This document shows, piece after piece, positions 60,405-64,000 of a stretch of 64,000 nt of DNA (position 1 is the stretch's first letter; every line of letters begins with the position of its first letter). The position numbers were made by a program, and so were the translations under genes. The notes under the pieces are model-generated. The model searched no databases. It was not told the origin of the DNA and saw only the letters and a list, made by a program, of their open reading frames with translations. The DNA is from Candidatus Levyibacteriota bacterium (GTDB lineage Bacteria; Patescibacteriota; Microgenomatia; Levybacterales; UBA12049): positions 83,927 to 147,926 of the forward strand of contig JAUSEW010000002.1 of NCBI GenBank assembly GCA_030651475.1, written 5' to 3'.

Positions 60405-61283
60405 TCACAAGTCTCTCAAAAAATCAAGGGTTTTCTGTTGTCTTAAGATACTGGTCAGAAGATACCGATTGGCTTCTAAGTTCTTACGCTCTTGATCGTC
60501 CTTCGCTTTATTGATAGCTTCATCCACTTCTTTCTGATCAACAGTGATATTCTCTTTATCGGCGATTTGCTGAAGAGCGAACTCAAATTTGATATCGTTT
60601 TCCGCTTTTTGCTCATAGTCTTTCCTAACAGATTCAGGCGTTTTGCCCGTGGATGCCAGATACTGATCTAAGTTTAACCCGAGCTTTTTTACCTCATCGA
60701 GAAGCTGGGAAAGAGATCTATCTACTTCCTGATCAATAAGAATTTTTGGGATCTGACAATTAACACTATCTAAAAGAGCCTTAATGGTCTCTTCGGATTT
60801 TGGTTTTTCTGGCTTGCCCTGAGCAACGTCGAAGGGTTCTTTTCCCGGAACTATGATTTTGCTCTTGGCATTTATTTTCTTAACGTTTTCTTTATATGAG
60901 CCTAGTTCAATGTTTGGAGCTTCGCAGGTAAGTGCCGTAAACGTCCAACCCTTCGACTCACTTTGTTCGCTCAGGGTCGACAAGTCTTCGAACTTGTCGA
61001 CATGAATTTTGGGATTAATGATTGGTTTTAATTTATTTTCCGAAACTGCGTCAACATAAAATTTAGGTAAAAGTTTTTTTAAGACTTCTTCTTGAATAGC
61101 TGCCTTATCGAGCTTTTCTTCAACGAGTTTTCTTGGAGCCTTGCCTTTGCGAAACCCGGGCAAAGTAGTATTTTGAATCATTCCCTCTACGACTTCGTTT
61201 TTGGTTTTTACAACCTCATAGGAAGGAATAGTTATTGTCAGTTTTATTGTTCCGTCTTTTTCTTTAGTTATTGCAGATATCAT
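60405..61283 (-). CDS. tig: trigger factor, short form (N-terminal ribosome-binding plus C-terminal domain, no PPIase domain)
   Basis: GFRKGKAP ribosome-binding signature. 292 aa versus ~430 aa canonical. Conserved-loop hairpin copies 3 and 4 lie inside the coding sequence. Confidence 0.6.
   Translation of the reverse strand: MISAITKEKDGTIKLTITIPSYEVVKTKNEVVEGMIQNTTLPGFRKGKAPRKLVEEKLDKAAIQEEVLKKLLPKFYVDAVSENKLKPIINPKIHVDKFEDLSTLSEQSESKGWTFTALTCEAPNIELGSYKENVKKINAKSKIIVPGKEPFDVAQGKPEKPKSEETIKALLDSVNCQIPKILIDQEVDRSLSQLLDEVKKLGLNLDQYLASTGKTPESVRKDYEQKAENDIKFEFALQQIADKENITVDQKEVDEAINKAKDDQERKNLEANRYLLTSILRQQKTLDFLRDL
60816..60837. repeat. hairpin with conserved loop, copy 3 (gccct-gagcaacgtcga-agggtt), inside the tig coding sequence
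   Basis: Read from the sequence. One substitution in the loop relative to copies 1 and 2. Confidence 0.6.
60948..61001. repeat. conserved-loop hairpin copy 4 (reverse orientation, loop split by a 9-nt insert) abutting a perfect 10-bp-stem palindrome gtcgacaagt-cttcga-acttgtcgac, inside the tig coding sequence
   Basis: Read from the sequence. Encodes ...VDKFEDLSTLSEQSESKGW... on the minus strand. Confidence 0.6.
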
Positions 61284-61296
61284 ACATTTAATTACG

Positions 61297-61383
61297 TGCC
61301 CAAGGGGAGACTCGAACTCCCAATCCCGTTTAAAGGGAACTAGGTCCTAAACCTAGCGCGTCTACCAATTTCGCCACCTGGGC
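61297..61383 (-). tRNA. tRNA-Leu (anticodon TAG), class II with long variable arm
   Basis: The reverse complement folds as acceptor GCCCAGG/CTTGGGC, D arm GCGAAATTGGTAGACGC, anticodon stem CTAGG/CCTAG with loop TTTAGGA, long variable arm, T arm TGGGAG-TTCGAGT-CTCCC, discriminator A. CCA is not encoded. Confidence 0.85.
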
Positions 61384-61415
61384 AAATTGCCCAGTTTAGT
61401 GGCATTATACAAGAT

Positions 61416-61979
61416 TTATAAGGAAAGAGAAAGAGTTTCTCTTGCATTTGCCAGCTCAAATTCCTGTATTCTATTCATAATTGACTCCACTCTTACTGCC
61501 CATGTAGGAGAAGATGCGTAGAATTTGCCTATTTCATATACATCTTGAGCCTTCCATTTATTGATATAGTTTTCTCTTAACCCCTTAGACACAGTCTGAA
61601 TTCCTTCATCCCAAGAAGAAAATCTTATGATATTGTCACCATAAATTCCCCATCCCCAGCCGTTGTAAGAATTGTATGGTATTTGCTGGCCAAAAGTTGA
61701 TTCAAGGCCTGAAATAGCTGCAACCAATCTCCAATCAAGATCATATTTCGTAGCATTATCTACGAAACTTTCAGCGTATGGAGTTAAAGGAGAGGAATAT
61801 TTTTCTAAGAATTTTTTTAATATTCTGATATGGCTATTTTCTTCCTTCACTTGCATTAAGGTTGTTAAAGCAGCAGAAGAACCGGATGCATTCTGCATAG
61901 CATAAACTTTATAAGGAAATAATTGGTACAAAAATAATGCTGTAAGTATAATGACAAAACGTCTCATAGTATTTGGCAA
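61416..61979 (-). CDS. secreted or membrane-anchored protein with a glucosaminidase-like (FlgJ C-terminal domain-like) peptidoglycan hydrolase domain
   Basis: N-terminal hydrophobic segment. AISGLESTFGQQIPYNSYNGWGWGIYG resembles the glucosaminidase Q..ESgwG...N.fG block. Confidence 0.4.
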   Translation of the reverse strand: MPNTMRRFVIILTALFLYQLFPYKVYAMQNASGSSAALTTLMQVKEENSHIRILKKFLEKYSSPLTPYAESFVDNATKYDLDWRLVAAISGLESTFGQQIPYNSYNGWGWGIYGDNIIRFSSWDEGIQTVSKGLRENYINKWKAQDVYEIGKFYASSPTWAVRVESIMNRIQEFELANARETLSLSL

Positions 61980-62099
61980 TTAAGCCATAAAAAAATCCTA
62001 ACGTATACATTTGGAAACGCATACCTTAGGATCTAGGTAGTACTATATCATAAGACTATAGGTTTGTCAAGTCCCTTACTATAAGTCAGGTTTTGAGGA

Positions 62100-62693
62100 T
62101 TAGAGGTTGGAAGGAAGCCTTAAGTAGTCCATAAAATGAGATACTGCGAATTCCCATTTGCCATTATCGGTTGGGGTATATTTGCTCACGATTTCTTTAG
62201 GAGTCTTAAGTCCTTGATCCTTATATTCATAAGCTAAGGTTTTAGCAACCGCATCTATTGCTTGAGAAAAACCTGGAAACTTTTTGACATTACTGCCATA
62301 TATTCCATATCCCCAGCAGTTGTATGAATTTGGCGGCATTTTTTTGCAGAGATTTGATTCTTGCATAGCTATAGCAGGAAGCAAACGATAGTCTATGCCA
62401 TAAGTGTCGGAAGCTTTGATTATCTCGGAAGCAAAAGGCGTAAGAGGAGAATTATAAAGACTAAAGAATTGAGAGACAACATCTATTCGGGCGTCTTTTT
62501 GCGAAACAGAGTCAATCCAAAAATTTTCCGTAGACGGCAAAGCGGCGAACGCAACAGAACGGGTACTATTGAATGATATGAATCCCCCATTATGGTTTTG
62601 ATTGTAAGACAGAAATGACAGGTACAGGATATTAAAGACCAGAAAAATGGGGGTGATTATAAAGAAAGACGTGAGCAGAAAAATCCTTCTCAT
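62100..62693 (-). CDS. paralog of 61416-61979 (glucosaminidase-like secreted protein)
   Basis: AIAMQESNLCKKMPPNSYNCWGYGIYG and the same overall architecture. Tandem duplication. Confidence 0.4.
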   Translation of the reverse strand: MRRIFLLTSFFIITPIFLVFNILYLSFLSYNQNHNGGFISFNSTRSVAFAALPSTENFWIDSVSQKDARIDVVSQFFSLYNSPLTPFASEIIKASDTYGIDYRLLPAIAMQESNLCKKMPPNSYNCWGYGIYGSNVKKFPGFSQAIDAVAKTLAYEYKDQGLKTPKEIVSKYTPTDNGKWEFAVSHFMDYLRLPSNL

Positions 62694-62792
62694 GTAAAAC
62701 TATACTGACATACTCTGGATTTTATGTCAAGTTTTTGAAGCTAATTTGAGCGGGCCGCCTTTGGCGAGCCTCGCTCTGAAATCAGATTTGTG

Positions 62793-62864
62793 AGCGGGAG
62801 ACGGGAATCGAACCCGCTACCTTCTCCTTGGCAAGGAGACGTTCTACCGATGAACTACTCCCGC
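62793..62864 (-). tRNA. tRNA-Gly (anticodon GCC)
   Basis: The reverse complement folds as acceptor GCGGGAG/CTCCCGC, D arm GTTC-ATCGGTA-GAAC, anticodon stem TCTCC/GGAGA with loop TTGCCAA, T arm GCGGG-TTCGATT-CCCGT, discriminator U. Confidence 0.85.
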
Positions 62865-63181
62865 TTCCTCACTTCGTTCGTCAGCGCAAGCGCATCACTT
62901 GTTATACCATGCGCATTTTTTATTAATGCTAATTTCTTCTTCCTATTCCACCCTTTAATCTCTATTTCCCTTCTTAACGCTTCTGCTTTCGTAGTATATG
63001 TTTCCGAATAAACTAATTCAACTGGTAATCTTCCCTTAATCGACTTCGCTCCCCACTTACTAAAATTATGTTCAAATATTCGTCTTTTTATATTCCTAGT
63101 GTATCCAGTATAGAGCGAACCATCCTTGCATCTAATTATATAGATATAATAATTCACATTCGTTTCGCTCAGTGCAAGCAT
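62855..63181 (-). CDS. GIY-YIG nuclease-family small protein (UPF0213-like)
   Basis: YYIYIIRCKDGSLYTGYTRNIKRRIFEH GIY-YIG motif. The start is set at the internal Met because the upstream part of the ORF is a stack of palindromes. Confidence 0.7.
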   Translation of the reverse strand: MLALSETNVNYYIYIIRCKDGSLYTGYTRNIKRRIFEHNFSKWGAKSIKGRLPVELVYSETYTTKAEALRREIEIKGWNRKKKLALIKNAHGITSDALALTNEVRKRE

Positions 63182-63235
63182 AACCTGCGCTAGAATTTTT
63201 AAAAATTCTAGCACTGAGGTCGCTCGTTGGCGACC
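63168..63235. repeat. nested palindromes upstream of the GIY-YIG gene
   Basis: ctcagtgc...gcactgag (63168-63175 with 63211-63218) encloses gctagaatttttaaaaattctagc (63189-63212), followed by ggtcgc-tcgttg-gcgacc (63218-63235). Confidence 0.7.
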
Positions 63236-63373
63236 GAAGTGCCGAGAGTCAGAATCGGACTGACATAGCCTGTTCTTCAGACAGGTGCCTTGACCAACTT
63301 GGCTATCTCGGCGTGGATATAATAATATCAATTTTCGTAGCCGATGTAAATATGAAAATGTTATAATTGCTCT

Positions 63374-64000
63374 ATGGCAATAAGTAAAAAAGCTTACTCA
63401 ACTTACACCTTATTGAGCGAATTTCATCACAAGGCGAATGTTGCCCGTGAAGAAGATAAACATCTCGAAGCGTTAAAATTAATGGAAGAAGCGCTAATAG
63501 AATACTCAAGGAAAAATGACAATAGCGGAATTGCAATGGCGATAGCCGATCGCGCATTAATATATAAACATTTATTCTTGCTATCTTCTCAAAAAGCATT
63601 TGCCCTATTGATGAAGAAAGATGCGCAAGCGTGTTTGGATATCGCCCAAAATTTCAGCCTTAGAGAATTGTATGGGGTGGCTTATTTTAGGCTTGGAGAA
63701 GCAGATATGCTTTTTGGAGATTATGAGAAAGCAGCAGGAAATTATCGAAAATCCTTGGAGAATTACTTCGGAACCAATGCGGAAAAAGGAGATTTTAAAT
63801 ATCATTTAGGAGAAGCTGTATATAAAACAGGAAAAAAAGAGGAAGGAATGCGTTTGCTTCTTAAAGGATTAAAAGAAATTCAAGAAAATAAGGATGAAGT
63901 TAATGATTTCGTAGCGCATGTTTGGGAATCCGGTTGCTATATGAGATTAGCGGAACTTTTAAAAGAAGATAATCCAAGTCAGGCGAAAATGTATTTGAAA
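63374..64000 (+). CDS. hypothetical TPR-like protein, 3' end truncated by the window edge
   Basis: ATG at 63374 opens a 209-codon frame with no stop that runs to the last base. It is absent from the ORF track only because no stop lies in the window. Confidence 0.35.
   Translation, partial: MAISKKAYSTYTLLSEFHHKANVAREEDKHLEALKLMEEALIEYSRKNDNSGIAMAIADRALIYKHLFLLSSQKAFALLMKKDAQACLDIAQNFSLRELYGVAYFRLGEADMLFGDYEKAAGNYRKSLENYFGTNAEKGDFKYHLGEAVYKTGKKEEGMRLLLKGLKEIQENKDEVNDFVAHVWESGCYMRLAELLKEDNPSQAKMYLK

Overview
This is a gene-dense, AT-rich 64-kb bacterial window. It looks like a streamlined, CPR/Patescibacteria-like genome; that assignment is inference from reduced aminoacyl-tRNA synthetases, short Tig and HolB, and many type IV pilins. 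The core covers housekeeping genes (a partial Lgt-like gene, RluA, YebC, XerC/D, pyrB, folD, gyrA, a membrane pyrophosphatase, gyrB, holB-like). It continues with a complete type IV pilus locus (pilB-pilT-pilC-pilA-pilD, seven further pilin or pseudopilin genes, pilM-pilN-pilO). After that come trmD, a KH-domain gene, rpsP, rnc, nusB, rpmF, recG, purH, tyrS, a class A PBP, pheST, rplT, rpmI, infC, thrS, an HD hydrolase, and tRNA-Val, tRNA-Leu and tRNA-Gly. Six things stand out. (1) Directly downstream of tRNA-Val is a roughly 11-kb accessory island with one operon encoding a beta-class DNA methyltransferase, an OLD-family ABC-ATPase/Toprim nuclease, a Res-type DEAH helicase, a small TnsA-like PD-(D/E)xK nuclease and a DUF3800 protein. 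It reads as a composite Type III-like R-M/abortive-infection locus, with a Bro-N gene bracketed by 22-bp inverted repeats nearby. (2) A roughly 95-nt structured repeat is present intergenically and also inserted in-frame inside folD, with compensatory stem changes between the copies. (3) A second hairpin family with a conserved 12-nt loop has four copies, including one or two inside the tig coding region. (4) Two diverged RAYT/IS200-like Y1 transposase genes are each flanked by inverted GC-rich hairpins. (5) pyrB carries an in-frame TGA with conserved sequence on both sides. (6) A heptanucleotide (AATTTCA)n tract sits in a pilin leader and in rluA. No rRNA genes or CRISPR arrays were seen.
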